This document shows positions 9,401-16,948 of a stretch of DNA of 25,615 nucleotides, one piece after another. The notes under the pieces are model-generated. The model was not told the DNA's origin and did no database searches. It saw nothing but the letters and a program-made list of their open reading frames with translations. Source of the stretch: a virus (taxonomy: Duplodnaviria; Caudoviricetes); the IMG/VR virus record IMGVR_UViG_3300033417_000048, positions 1 through 25,615 of that record; one strand, 5' to 3'. Each line of letters starts with the position of its first letter. The stretch's first letter is position 1. The translations under genes and the position numbers were made by a program.

Positions 9401-11347
9401 CGCCATGCCTATCCATCCGGCTTTACCAGCCGCGCCTTTGACAAACCCAGCAATTTTTCCCAGCCCGGTCAGGGTGGCTGCGTTACGCGCCTTTTCCGCA
9501 GCAGTTGCCGCCACAGTTGCCGCAATCTCTTTATTCATTGCAGCATTCACCGCGTGCGCCTCAACCCACTTTGCCGCGATGAACTGCTCGGACTGCGCGA
9601 TGCGTGCCTTATTCAAAACCGCTTCGCGCGCCACTGCCGCCTCCGCAAGCGCGAGGCGTTCGGTGTGCGCCGCCGCCATAATTGCGGTGCGCTGCGACTC
9701 ACCTGCGGCAACTTGAGCGGTGCGCGTGTTAAATGCCGCATTCATTGCGTGCGCTTCCGCCCAAGCTGCCTCGATCTGCAACGCCGAGCGCCGAGATGAG
9801 GCCGCAGCCTGCGCCAAGTCCACGCGAGCCTGCTGCGTACCCAGCATTGCGAGTTCCGCCATTGCCGCACTGCGCGCTTGTATCGCGGTGATAAGTTCGC
9901 GTTCTGCCATCGTTTGAAAATGCAAACCGGCGCCAGACGCGCGCGCGCCTGCGACGAAAAGCTCAGCGGCCTTGACGCTACTGTTTGCTGCCGCGAGTTT
10001 GGACAATTCCTGTTCTCTCGCAAGCAATATCATCTCACGGGTCGCCGCCAATTCCATCTGCGTAGCCGCGACACTTGCCTCGGCAGCAGCCAGCTTAGTA
10101 GCGGAGGTTCTTTCGGACGCGGCCACGGCCTCCGCAGTAGCCAGCCGACTAGCCGCAACAATAGCCTCTTTCTCGACCTTAACCGCCAGAGCACTCTCCG
10201 CAGCCGCAGTCTTGATTACGGCGGACGCCGCAGTGACCGCCGCAGCTTCGGCATTTGCCGCGAGCGTTATTTCAGCAGCAGCTTGCTTCGCCATCACAGC
10301 CTGCGCCTTCTTCGCCGCCGTAGCGACTGCGATAGCCTCCGTCTCGGCGGCGGATGTCGCCGCAACGACTTCCGCATGTGCTTTGTTCCCGGCAGCGTTT
10401 ATCAGCAACGCCTCTGCATGAGCCCTTGTCACAACAATAGCGTGCGTCATTGCGGTGATGAAATTTACCGCGCTCACCGCCGCCCATATGGTGAACGCCG
10501 CAATGATCTGGTCGAGGTATTGAGCCGTGATACGGATAACCCCCGCCAGGGCATTGAACGCCGTGATGATGCCGCCCGTTGCCCCGCTACCCTTCATAAA
10601 CTCGCCGACCAGCAACATCAACTCATTGCGCGCAACTGTCCACGCGCCAGTAATGGTCTGCGCGTTCATTGCCAGCTTACGGAACTCTTCTGCGATGGCG
10701 GGATCGCCGAACGCTTTGACCATCTCAGCGGCGGTAATCTTGCCAGCAATGGAGAGCGCGCGCAGTTCGCCCAACGGCACGCCCATGCTGGTCGCCAGCA
10801 CCTTCATTACGTTGGGCATGGCCTCCATGACGGCGCGGAACTCTTCGCCGCCCAGCCGGTTCGCACCCATCGCTTGTGACAGTTGAAGTGACGCGCTCGC
10901 AGCCTCTTGTGCTGTCGCGCCGTACGCCTTGAGGCCGTAGCTGACCGTCTCGGTGACAGTGGCGAGTTTGGCCTGCGACACGCCCGTCCCGTCCATCACG
11001 TTCATCAAGCGCGTGTAGAGCATGGAGGTGGCGGTGATGTCGGTTTGCGCGACGGTGGAGATGCGGCGAATGTCCGCCATACCTTGCGCGTACTGCGCTT
11101 GGCTCTTGGTGGACAGTTGGAGTTGTGCGTCGAGTTTAGTGTATGCGTCGGTGATGCGGCGCACTTGGTCAACGATGAGCGCAGCAGGAACGCCGACACC
11201 GAGAGATTGCATCGCACGCTTCGCGCCCGCAACGGAACGCTCCACTTGCGACATGGAACTGCTCACGATGCGCTCGGCTTGCTTCATGTCTTGGCTGATG
11301 CGCGCAAGACCGGCCATAATCTGTATCTCAAGCGTGCCGACGCGCAT
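6482..11347 (-). CDS. Tail tape measure protein
   Basis: 1621 aa, Ala-rich; N-terminal tape-measure domain (LQLSQAMGANRLGGEEFRAVMEAMP); C-terminal FAIGT...HAGEEI motif; follows the tail chaperones. Confidence 0.95.
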   Translation of the reverse strand: MRVGTLEIQIMAGLARISQDMKQAERIVSSSMSQVERSVAGAKRAMQSLGVGVPAALIVDQVRRITDAYTKLDAQLQLSTKSQAQYAQGMADIRRISTVAQTDITATSMLYTRLMNVMDGTGVSQAKLATVTETVSYGLKAYGATAQEAASASLQLSQAMGANRLGGEEFRAVMEAMPNVMKVLATSMGVPLGELRALSIAGKITAAEMVKAFGDPAIAEEFRKLAMNAQTITGAWTVARNELMLLVGEFMKGSGATGGIITAFNALAGVIRITAQYLDQIIAAFTIWAAVSAVNFITAMTHAIVVTRAHAEALLINAAGNKAHAEVVAATSAAETEAIAVATAAKKAQAVMAKQAAAEITLAANAEAAAVTAASAVIKTAAAESALAVKVEKEAIVAASRLATAEAVAASERTSATKLAAAEASVAATQMELAATREMILLAREQELSKLAAANSSVKAAELFVAGARASGAGLHFQTMAERELITAIQARSAAMAELAMLGTQQARVDLAQAAASSRRSALQIEAAWAEAHAMNAAFNTRTAQVAAGESQRTAIMAAAHTERLALAEAAVAREAVLNKARIAQSEQFIAAKWVEAHAVNAAMNKEIAATVAATAAEKARNAATLTGLGKIAGFVKGAAGKAGWIGMALFGAWSVYDFLNGMQQVADGADKLSNQLKEMTLQEAQLARQKELIHQIGLRNSVLSKFNEAEIRASQDRMREYDKQIAKMVELANAKQVVADVPSGFTHDQMVILERYNDLLDQKNKLKLTEGEFEKKVHELYLGSTKAIDKKNKAIDDHIVKLREEADTYGMTAEAIAQYESARLGGNVIQQEQAAAEARHVEELKKIEKYLKEGEELKKRSDDRKRDYEAEDIAKRQKEHQDFWDSIDKTAHDTFVSILDGGKDAATRLRDTFKNIFFDWLYQMTMKKWVVNLSGTVSMGGAGGAMAGGMGGAGGAMAEGMGGAAMGGSLGVAGSALSVGLSAGTGASASYAGAALSTGSYASAIGFSAAAAVPYLAAALLIAKYGFGMGNSAEKVGAQRLSGSVSSSGVDARLEQDWQKKGGWFTFDKNWKEYTAMSEALRKRIASDAESVRQVFIAYGKAVGDTTVPMKYFNADVNDLANGIGSQLVPALEEFRLEGETLVDTAQRMTAQIEAANAYVKSLEDVAIAQFKSAVDAKNALRATAASIREFAAGLTAATPGSLQAAFLKLSALAAQGDTAAQGKLQGAATNYLAQAKTGAGSALDYARIVGQVQAELNATANALDATATDAELQLTELQVANEYLRAISVGIQSGNIATEVTNAALADGIITYNEANDIDRAIAASVELGTMTAEAGVAINEMMRAAMLDGNATADESRAITDALAQSTIDGSGGNAAVSAIKSLETVMALLTASTQQAANVAALKNMVGADFVQANLTLDNAAGTATYQQDRYTQLVASAGGDLSTVVDTALQKADAAARKQYLDDHPREQYLDMYKDVANDPTYGSRPWDHWRAYGWREGRKWHGKTYDQAPEYPLAAIRMREFAIGTNYIPHDMVAKVHAGEEIKPAPYVDMERAERTESTRSMRSMVAELTGLRSEVAQLRAEAQSERVALVGTSQRTERILDKWDHIGMPEVQTA
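8454..8532. repeat. 33-bp in-frame tandem repeat (~2.4 copies) in the tape measure gene
   Basis: Unit gcgccacccatgcc-(ctc/gcc)-cgccatcgcgccgcct begins at 8454, 8487 and 8520; encodes MGGAGGAMA(G/E)G. Confidence 0.9.
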
Positions 11348-11787
11348 TAGGTACTCGCCAATCCGCGCATCATTGCCTTCATGCGCATTGCCACCATGTT
11401 CGGAGTCGGTACAACGTAGGGCGCGTCAGACCACGGCGCTTCCGCATCTGGGTCGCGGGCAGCGTGGGACTCGCTCAAGTATGCTTCCGACAGTCGCTTC
11501 ACGAAACGTATCTCCCACGGTTGAAGTTCCACACCACTCTGCCGTTGCCAGCTTTCAATCTCTTGCCACGTCAGCGGGTGCTCCCCCTGCGACACGCCCA
11601 TCTCGATCAGATACGACACGATATGCAGTGCGTCGCATTCCGGCATCGTTACGTCCGAGCCGTATGTGTCACGACGCGACTTGTTCGCACGCTTGCTGGT
11701 GTCGCCCTCTCGCTTGTCTGGCGTGACGTTGAGCCACGCCAGATGCCTGACGTATGTTACAAGTTCGTCGTAGAGGGCTTGGTAAAA
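11347..11787 (-). CDS. Tail assembly chaperone, T segment (expressed as G-T fusion via -1 frameshift)
   Basis: Frame is open from 11787, well upstream of the ATG at 11646, and overlaps the end of G in the -1 frame; stop overlaps the tape measure ATG. Confidence 0.8.
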   Translation of the reverse strand, partial: FYQALYDELVTYVRHLAWLNVTPDKREGDTSKRANKSRRDTYGSDVTMPECDALHIVSYLIEMGVSQGEHPLTWQEIESWQRQSGVELQPWEIRFVKRLSEAYLSESHAARDPDAEAPWSDAPYVVPTPNMVAMRMKAMMRGLAST

Positions 11788-12164
11788 TTACTCCAGTCGC
11801 CCAGGTGCTTCGCAACTTGGTCGGCGATGAAGCCGATGGTCACGTCGGAGTAAATCACCTTCGCCAGTTCGCCGCCAGTCAAACCGTCATAATCGACGTT
11901 CTCGAAGCTGGCAGTGCAGTCGGACAAAAACTCGGCAGCTTCGGCAGCTTTGGACTCGGCGGATTGCTCCGTCTTGCCCTTGCGCTTCAACTTGTCGATC
12001 ATGCGGTTCTGTTGTGCGGCTTGGGCCTTGGCGTATTGCTTCGAGCCGGGGCCGTACAGGTTGACCACCATCGGCTTACCGTCCGCGTGCATCAGTTCAT
12101 CGTTCGCGTCACGCAGGTGCAGTTGGCCGGTTGCTTCAACAGCAAATTTACGGATGTCAGACAT
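11757..12164 (-). CDS. Tail assembly chaperone G
   Basis: 135 aa, AAGGAG RBS, between tail tube and tape measure genes. Confidence 0.85.
   Translation of the reverse strand: MSDIRKFAVEATGQLHLRDANDELMHADGKPMVVNLYGPGSKQYAKAQAAQQNRMIDKLKRKGKTEQSAESKAAEAAEFLSDCTASFENVDYDGLTGGELAKVIYSDVTIGFIADQVAKHLGDWSNFTKPSTTNL
11784..11790 (-). other. Candidate -1 frameshift site T-AAT-TTT
   Basis: The -1 frame reads TAA TTT TAC..., so it opens exactly here. The shift must occur between 11787 and the G stop at 11757-11759. Confidence 0.6.
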
Positions 12165-12318
12165 TTGAAACTCCTTCGCAAGTTAGCTAGTTAGGGTGAC
12201 GCAGGGTTCACAGTATTTGCCGCCTCTGGATGCGCGGATACGGGACCAACCCCTTGTCGGTACTGCCCGTGCCAGAGACGTGCGCCTGCGAAGGCGACAC
12301 GCTCCGGTCGGTGCTCGG
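12165..12318 (-). promoter_or_regulatory. Structured intergenic RNA leader of tail chaperone G
   Basis: Long hairpin at 12265-12314; its apex CCTTCGCA is complementary to TGCGAAGG at 12173-12180, which overlaps the RBS. Confidence 0.55.
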
Positions 12319-12783
12319 TTAAGCCGCTGCGACGATCACAGGGGCGCGGCAGATGGCGAAGTCAACGGAACGCTTCATCGCGTCATTGACCGAGCCGTCT
12401 TGATACTCGTCCTTCGCCACCAGCACGTCGAGATAGTGAATCTCGTTGTCTGGGTAGGTCAGCTTGGCGCTGTAGTGGGCGGTGGACTCGGAGGCGGTGG
12501 TGATGATGGCCTGACCTGAATCGGTTGGGATGCTGCCCAATGTCATCGACATCGTGCCGTAGTTCTTGCTACCCTTCATCTTCGCCACAACTGCGGTGGC
12601 GATGGGCACGAACTCGGTGATCGTGGCAGTGACGCCGTGATTGCCGAAGTTCTCAACTTCGCCGATGGTGGTGTAGGTGATGGACGTAGCGCCGTAACCG
12701 GCTGCGTCATAAGTTGCGGGGAGCGATGCGCTGATTGCCAGCGTTGCGCCAGAGATAGTTCCGACTACGGTACGAGCGGCCAT
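12319..12783 (-). CDS. Major tail (tube) protein
   Basis: Start reassigned to ATG 12783 (GGAGG RBS); 154 aa; IGEVENFG...KMKGSKNYG...DSGQ pattern of siphovirus tube proteins; position. Confidence 0.85.
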   Translation of the reverse strand: MAARTVVGTISGATLAISASLPATYDAAGYGATSITYTTIGEVENFGNHGVTATITEFVPIATAVVAKMKGSKNYGTMSMTLGSIPTDSGQAIITTASESTAHYSAKLTYPDNEIHYLDVLVAKDEYQDGSVNDAMKRSVDFAICRAPVIVAAA

Positions 12784-12828
12784 GTGTGCCTCCATCAAAG
12801 GGAACCCGCGATGTTCTGCGGGGTTGCC

Positions 12829-12841
12829 ACTGCCTCACGGC
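12829..12841 (-). promoter_or_regulatory. GCCGTGAGGCAGT motif (GNRA mini-hairpin), tail tube leader copy
   Basis: Exact 13-bp match to 18674-18686. Confidence 0.55.
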
Positions 12842-12893
12842 ATGAGCGGGTTAAAAGATACTACTCTACGTCGCGCAAAATACCACGCATCTA

Positions 12894-13289
12894 CTACTCT
12901 GTCCAGCCCACGATGTAGTCTTGGGACTGGAAATAGCTCATCAGCACGCCGTCGAAGCCGTCCGGCCCCTCGACATCTGGTGTGATGCTGTCGCACGCGA
13001 TACTGTTGACCGTGGCGCGTGTGTAGGGCAGCGCCGCGCGTACCGCCGCAAGTATCTGGCGCACCAGCGGGTAGCTTGTCGCTTCGACCGTGACTTGAAC
13101 ACGATCCATACGCAGGCCGCTGGTCTGCGACACTTGGTTGAGCGGTGTGCTGCTTATCTGTGTGACCGAGATGAACGGCAGCGCCGTGTTCTCTGGCATC
13201 GTCCCGGCTTGGGTGCGTGTGGCGGGCACGAGTGCCGTCACGCCCGCAGCGTTGGCCAACTTGAAACGAATTATGGCGACACCACTCAC
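12894..13289 (-). CDS. Tail terminator / tail completion protein (DUF3168-like)
   Basis: Start reassigned to GTG 13289 (GTGA overlap); 131 aa; LPFISVTQIS...RVQVTV pattern; directly upstream of the tube gene. Confidence 0.8.
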   Translation of the reverse strand: MSGVAIIRFKLANAAGVTALVPATRTQAGTMPENTALPFISVTQISSTPLNQVSQTSGLRMDRVQVTVEATSYPLVRQILAAVRAALPYTRATVNSIACDSITPDVEGPDGFDGVLMSYFQSQDYIVGWTE

Positions 13290-13456
13290 GACTCGTCCCC
13301 AAGTATCCGCACCCACCCGTCCGGCACTAGATTTTTTTCGGCATGGTCGCGCGTCTGCGTCAACACCTCGCCTTTGCGCAGCATTGCAAAGTCGCGCAGA
13401 ATCTCACAGTCTACCAGTTCGTGCGTGACCCCAGCTTCGTCCGTTATTAGTCTCAC
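13286..13456 (-). CDS. 56-aa hypothetical protein (not in ORF track), bL9 N-terminal-like pattern
   Basis: MRLITDEAGVTHELVDCEILRDFAMLRKGEVLTQTRDHAEKNLVPDGWVRILGDES; AGGAG RBS; GTGA overlaps at both ends. Confidence 0.7.
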   Translation of the reverse strand: MRLITDEAGVTHELVDCEILRDFAMLRKGEVLTQTRDHAEKNLVPDGWVRILGDES

Positions 13457-13947
13457 GGCTCATCTCCTGCATCCGGCACGTTGATGCCCTCGGCAGTCAG
13501 GCGCTTGCGGATATATGCCGCCGTTGCGTTGACCGAGGCTGTGGCTTGACCGTCCAGCGCGGGACGCATGAACGGCATGGCGCGGGAGCCTGGGTGGTCA
13601 ACACCGCTACCGACTGGACGACCGTTGATGTAAATTGTGCCACCGTTGCGCGCATTGATGCGATGTGGCGCTGTGCCAAACTCGATCATGTGCGCGACGT
13701 AGCTGTGTTTGCCGGTGGTGCGTACTTTGGCATAGACCGTGCCGCGCTTGGCGCTGGTGGATACCTTGACGCCTTTGGCGAGCGCACCCGTGGCACGTGC
13801 GGCGTTCTTGCGCGCATCGTCACGCATCACGTTGCCGCCTGCGCGGAGTGCGCCGCGCATGATGTTTTTCTCCAATTTCACACCGAGTGTGGAGAGTGCT
13901 TTGGCGAGGTCGCTGAGACCCTTGACGTGTATGGTGTCGGCGGTCAT
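13453..13947 (-). CDS. HK97 gp10 family tail/neck completion protein
   Basis: VKGLSDL...YVAHMIEFGT...HPG...PFMRPA motifs. Confidence 0.92.
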   Translation of the reverse strand: MTADTIHVKGLSDLAKALSTLGVKLEKNIMRGALRAGGNVMRDDARKNAARATGALAKGVKVSTSAKRGTVYAKVRTTGKHSYVAHMIEFGTAPHRINARNGGTIYINGRPVGSGVDHPGSRAMPFMRPALDGQATASVNATAAYIRKRLTAEGINVPDAGDEP

Positions 13948-14285
13948 TGTGTGCTGTACGCCTCAATCAGCAGTTCCATATATTCGTGCCGCCCAATCTC
14001 GGCTGGCCCGCCCACGATTTGATACGCCTCGCCGCCGATGAGCACACGCATAGACGCGTCAATGTCGGTGCGATAGCGCATCCGTAGCCTTGAGCGCAAC
14101 GTGGCGACTTGCACACCGCTACGCACTTGCTCGGCTTGCGCACGGGCGGGCAATACGTCGAACACTTCCGCCCACACCGTCGCCACGGGAACCCACGTCA
14201 CAACGTCTGTGCCGTAAGTGGGGTCTTGGGTCACACTGCGCGCCTCGATGCGCACCCGCGTGTCCATGTTGGCGACTTGTATCAT
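13944..14285 (-). CDS. Head closure / head-tail joining protein (SPP1 gp16-like)
   Basis: RVRIE...D..G.....W..VATVWAEV and MRYRTDIDASMRV motifs. Confidence 0.9.
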   Translation of the reverse strand: MIQVANMDTRVRIEARSVTQDPTYGTDVVTWVPVATVWAEVFDVLPARAQAEQVRSGVQVATLRSRLRMRYRTDIDASMRVLIGGEAYQIVGGPAEIGRHEYMELLIEAYSTQ

Positions 14286-14875
14286 CTCCGGCGCTTCACT
14301 TGCGGGAATGTGGCGGGGTCGATCTGTTCGCCACGTCGCGGTGCGCGTGTGCCTGGGTGCTGCACTGGCGAGTCAATCTGCTCGACATCAATGCCTGCGG
14401 CGCGCGCCTCGGCGACCATCTGCTTCAAACCTTCCGTCAGCCCACGGAAGCTGGTGTGAGCGTGGACTTCTTCATATCGGGACGTATCGAAGCCCAACAG
14501 CTTGATGCGCTTTGCGCCGGAGCGCATGGCGATACGGAACGCAGCCAGTGCGTTGTTGCGAATCTCCAAGCCGCCGTTGCCGACGCGCTCGTAGAACATG
14601 CCCGCGTATTTGGCATCAGGGTACGCATTCGTCTCCACACCACACACGCAAATGCCGGCGAAACCCACGTTGTCCTTCTCTTCCCAAAACGGATGGTGGG
14701 GGTCGAGTGCCACGAACATATCCGCCCACGGCGCGAACTTGACGGCGCGATTGACCGCGATGGTCTTGAAACCTTTGGCAGTCAGCGCCAACTCTTCGGT
14801 CATGTCTGGGCCAGCGCCTAGAATAGCGACCGTCTCGCCTTGCCAGATGCCGTCGGGCGTCCATTTGATCGTCAT
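14282..14875 (-). CDS. Rossmann-fold transferase-like protein (Maf/MptE-like, CstII/GT42-like)
   Basis: Start reassigned to ATG 14875 (AAGGAG RBS, ATGA overlap); 197 aa; VAILGAGP, TIAVN, ADMFVALD, NNALAAFRIAMRSGAKRIKLLGFD. Confidence 0.7.
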   Translation of the reverse strand: MTIKWTPDGIWQGETVAILGAGPDMTEELALTAKGFKTIAVNRAVKFAPWADMFVALDPHHPFWEEKDNVGFAGICVCGVETNAYPDAKYAGMFYERVGNGGLEIRNNALAAFRIAMRSGAKRIKLLGFDTSRYEEVHAHTSFRGLTEGLKQMVAEARAAGIDVEQIDSPVQHPGTRAPRRGEQIDPATFPQVKRRR

Positions 14876-15795
14876 GTATAGCTCCTTACGCGCTCGGGGT
14901 CGAGCAGTGAGTCGATGAGCACAGGCTCGAACACGGGCATACCGAGTTGTTTGACCAGTTGGTCGCGCCCATCCCACAGCGTCTTGATGCGTATCAGCAT
15001 CCAGTTCTTGATGCAGCTAGGCACGGTTGTGTAACCCGCGACGAAGCGAACCTTGACGGCGTTGGCGCGCCACTGTGTCACCGGCCACACGAGGCCGTAG
15101 GCGGGCGTGATGCGTGCAGGTTCGGTCGTAGTGTCCACAAGGTACTGGTCAGCGGCAAGCGTCTGCTCTACGCCGTCGCTATCCACGTAGGTGATGCTGG
15201 CCACAGATTGCAGCGGTGGCAGCTTTATCGTCCAGCACGGGAACGCGTCCAGGTGCAGGTCGAGCGTTTGTGTCACGATGTAGCGGCGCAGCGTTGTCTC
15301 GGCGTGCTGGCGTGCCGCTTGGATGAGGATGTTTAGCAACGGATCACCAGTCGTGTTGGTCGTCGGAGCGCCAGCACCGAGCGATGCGTCGGCGATGTTG
15401 TCGGTGTAGGTCGTCGTGGTGTTGTCGGCGATAGTCGCCAGCAACAGGTAGGTCGAGCCGCCTGCGGCAGTGCGGTACAGGTCGCGCGCCGTGACCGACG
15501 AACCGCCGAGCGGGATGCTGGTCAACGTCACTTGCCCGTTGATGGTCTTATCCGCCACGGTGACGGCACTGGACACGACGCCAAGTTGTGTTGCACCGTC
15601 AGCCGTGCGGAATACCACCGCCCAACGATGCGCGCCGTTGTCCACATTGCCCGCTGCGGCAGGCGATGCGAGCGCGGCGGTTACGGCTGACGGGGCGGGT
15701 TCCTGATTTGTCTCGTCCAGGCGGCAATGCGCCATCACCTCGGATAGCGTGACGGGTTCAGTCGCGGGTGGCGTGACGACGGTGAGTTGGCCCAT
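14872..15795 (-). CDS. Head-tail connector/adaptor (HK97 gp6 / phiE125 gp8-like) with inserted beta-rich domain
   Basis: EPVTLSEVMAHCRLD, LIQAARQHAE...R..VTQT, LPPLQSVASITYVD and AVKVRFVAGY motifs; 307 aa. Confidence 0.88.
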   Translation of the reverse strand: MGQLTVVTPPATEPVTLSEVMAHCRLDETNQEPAPSAVTAALASPAAAGNVDNGAHRWAVVFRTADGATQLGVVSSAVTVADKTINGQVTLTSIPLGGSSVTARDLYRTAAGGSTYLLLATIADNTTTTYTDNIADASLGAGAPTTNTTGDPLLNILIQAARQHAETTLRRYIVTQTLDLHLDAFPCWTIKLPPLQSVASITYVDSDGVEQTLAADQYLVDTTTEPARITPAYGLVWPVTQWRANAVKVRFVAGYTTVPSCIKNWMLIRIKTLWDGRDQLVKQLGMPVFEPVLIDSLLDPERVRSYT

Positions 15796-16052
15796 TACCG
15801 GCCTCGGCGCGGCGTGCGGGTTTCAGGGCGAGTCGGTGCGACTGGGTTGGGCTGCTGCGGCGCTACGGCCTGTTCAACAGCAGGCGCGACGACCGCACGC
15901 TCCGGCAGTGTGATGGTTTGGCGCGGCGACACATCTGTCGCGTAGCCGCCCATCACCAAGTCACGCTCGGTCTTTGCATCGAGGTCAACGCGCTGGCCCG
16001 CTTGGAACGAACCGTGCGGGCCACACATTGTGGTTTTGAGGATGATGGTCAT
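15795..16052 (-). CDS. Small conserved head-region hypothetical protein
   Basis: 85 aa; compact N-terminal domain (GP...AGQRVDL...LV.GGYA) and Pro-rich tail; TAATG overlap with the connector gene. Confidence 0.75.
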   Translation of the reverse strand: MTIILKTTMCGPHGSFQAGQRVDLDAKTERDLVMGGYATDVSPRQTITLPERAVVAPAVEQAVAPQQPNPVAPTRPETRTPRRGR

Positions 16053-16055
16053 GGC

Positions 16056-16427
16056 TTAATCCAGTACAAAGTGGAACACCCCAGTCTTTGTATCGCCCCC
16101 AGACGTGATCGCAATTTTAATGCGGTCGTTCGCCAGCGCGATCTTGTCGTTTACGGCAGCGCCAGCGGCGGCGTACAGGGATGCTGCGCCTGCCGTGCTA
16201 TGCGTGGCTTGGCGCGGGGCGCGTGTGGCGCTTGCGTTGACGTTCGACTCGCCCCACAACGTCTCGCCAGTGGCTTCGGCAGTGATGGCGAAGGTTGAAT
16301 TGTCCGCAAAGTCAGTCTTGACGTAGCGAACCTGCGACAACCTGCCCGTCAGCACTTCCGAGTACGCCGTGGCCGAACCGTCTGCTGCCGTGGTCACAGT
16401 CACGGCGACTCGTTGCACGTAGCTCAT
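16056..16427 (-). CDS. Putative virion structural protein
   Basis: 123 aa, beta-rich, tightly packed in the head module. Confidence 0.7.
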   Translation of the reverse strand: MSYVQRVAVTVTTAADGSATAYSEVLTGRLSQVRYVKTDFADNSTFAITAEATGETLWGESNVNASATRAPRQATHSTAGAASLYAAAGAAVNDKIALANDRIKIAITSGGDTKTGVFHFVLD

Positions 16428-16430
16428 GGC

Positions 16431-16901
16431 TTATGCGATGCGGTAAGTTACAAAAGTATCAGCAGCCGTTTTTCTAGTACGCCACAACGAAGAGTAACCC
16501 ATCGTTGCGCCCGTGCTGGCGTGCAGGGATTGCACCACGGCGTTGCCGACGATGGTGTGACCTGTCGCGGCGGTCACGGTGATCGTGTCGGCAGCAGCCA
16601 GCGCGTTGTTGATGAGACACCAATCAAAGCTGTCGTCCACTTCCAGCGTCAGGCCCGCGTCGACCAGTGCGCCCGTGGGCAGCGTGTACGCGGCAGTGGA
16701 GCCTGTGGCTGTCGGCGTCGCGTTGATGATCTTGGTCAGCAACTCGGCGATGGTCAGCGTGTTGGCAACGGTCTTGACGGTCGGCGCGGGTTGTGTACTC
16801 AGGTCGTAGCCCTGGTTGCGCATATAGCCACCGGGCTTGATGACTTTCTCATCGCCGCCCTGCTTGGTGTAAACTTTTGGTTGATAGCTTGCGTCAGACA
16901 T
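16431..16901 (-). CDS. Putative head fibre/spike or decoration protein
   Basis: 156 aa, AGGAG RBS; N-terminal KVYTKQGGD motif followed by a Thr/Ala-rich beta domain. Confidence 0.6.
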   Translation of the reverse strand: MSDASYQPKVYTKQGGDEKVIKPGGYMRNQGYDLSTQPAPTVKTVANTLTIAELLTKIINATPTATGSTAAYTLPTGALVDAGLTLEVDDSFDWCLINNALAAADTITVTAATGHTIVGNAVVQSLHASTGATMGYSSLWRTRKTAADTFVTYRIA

Positions 16902-16921
16902 GCTGATCTCCTAAATTTGGA

Positions 16922-16941
16922 GCGGGAGCCGAAGCCCCCGC
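16922..16941 (-). terminator. C(UUCG)G hairpin after the decoration gene
   Basis: GCGGGGGC-TTCG-GCTCCCGC; poor U-tract, so it may be a partial terminator or mRNA stabiliser. Confidence 0.5.
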
Positions 16942-16948
16942 CGATTTG

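Noticed and set aside
12165-12318. Known riboswitch or ribozyme in the tube-chaperone gap
   Set aside because: I could not match hammerhead or c-di-GMP consensus cores by eye; kept only as an unassigned structured leader.
12852-12890. Sigma70 promoter upstream of the tail tube gene (TTGCGC...TATCTT)
   Set aside because: The spacer is only 12 bp and no good -35 lies at 17 bp.
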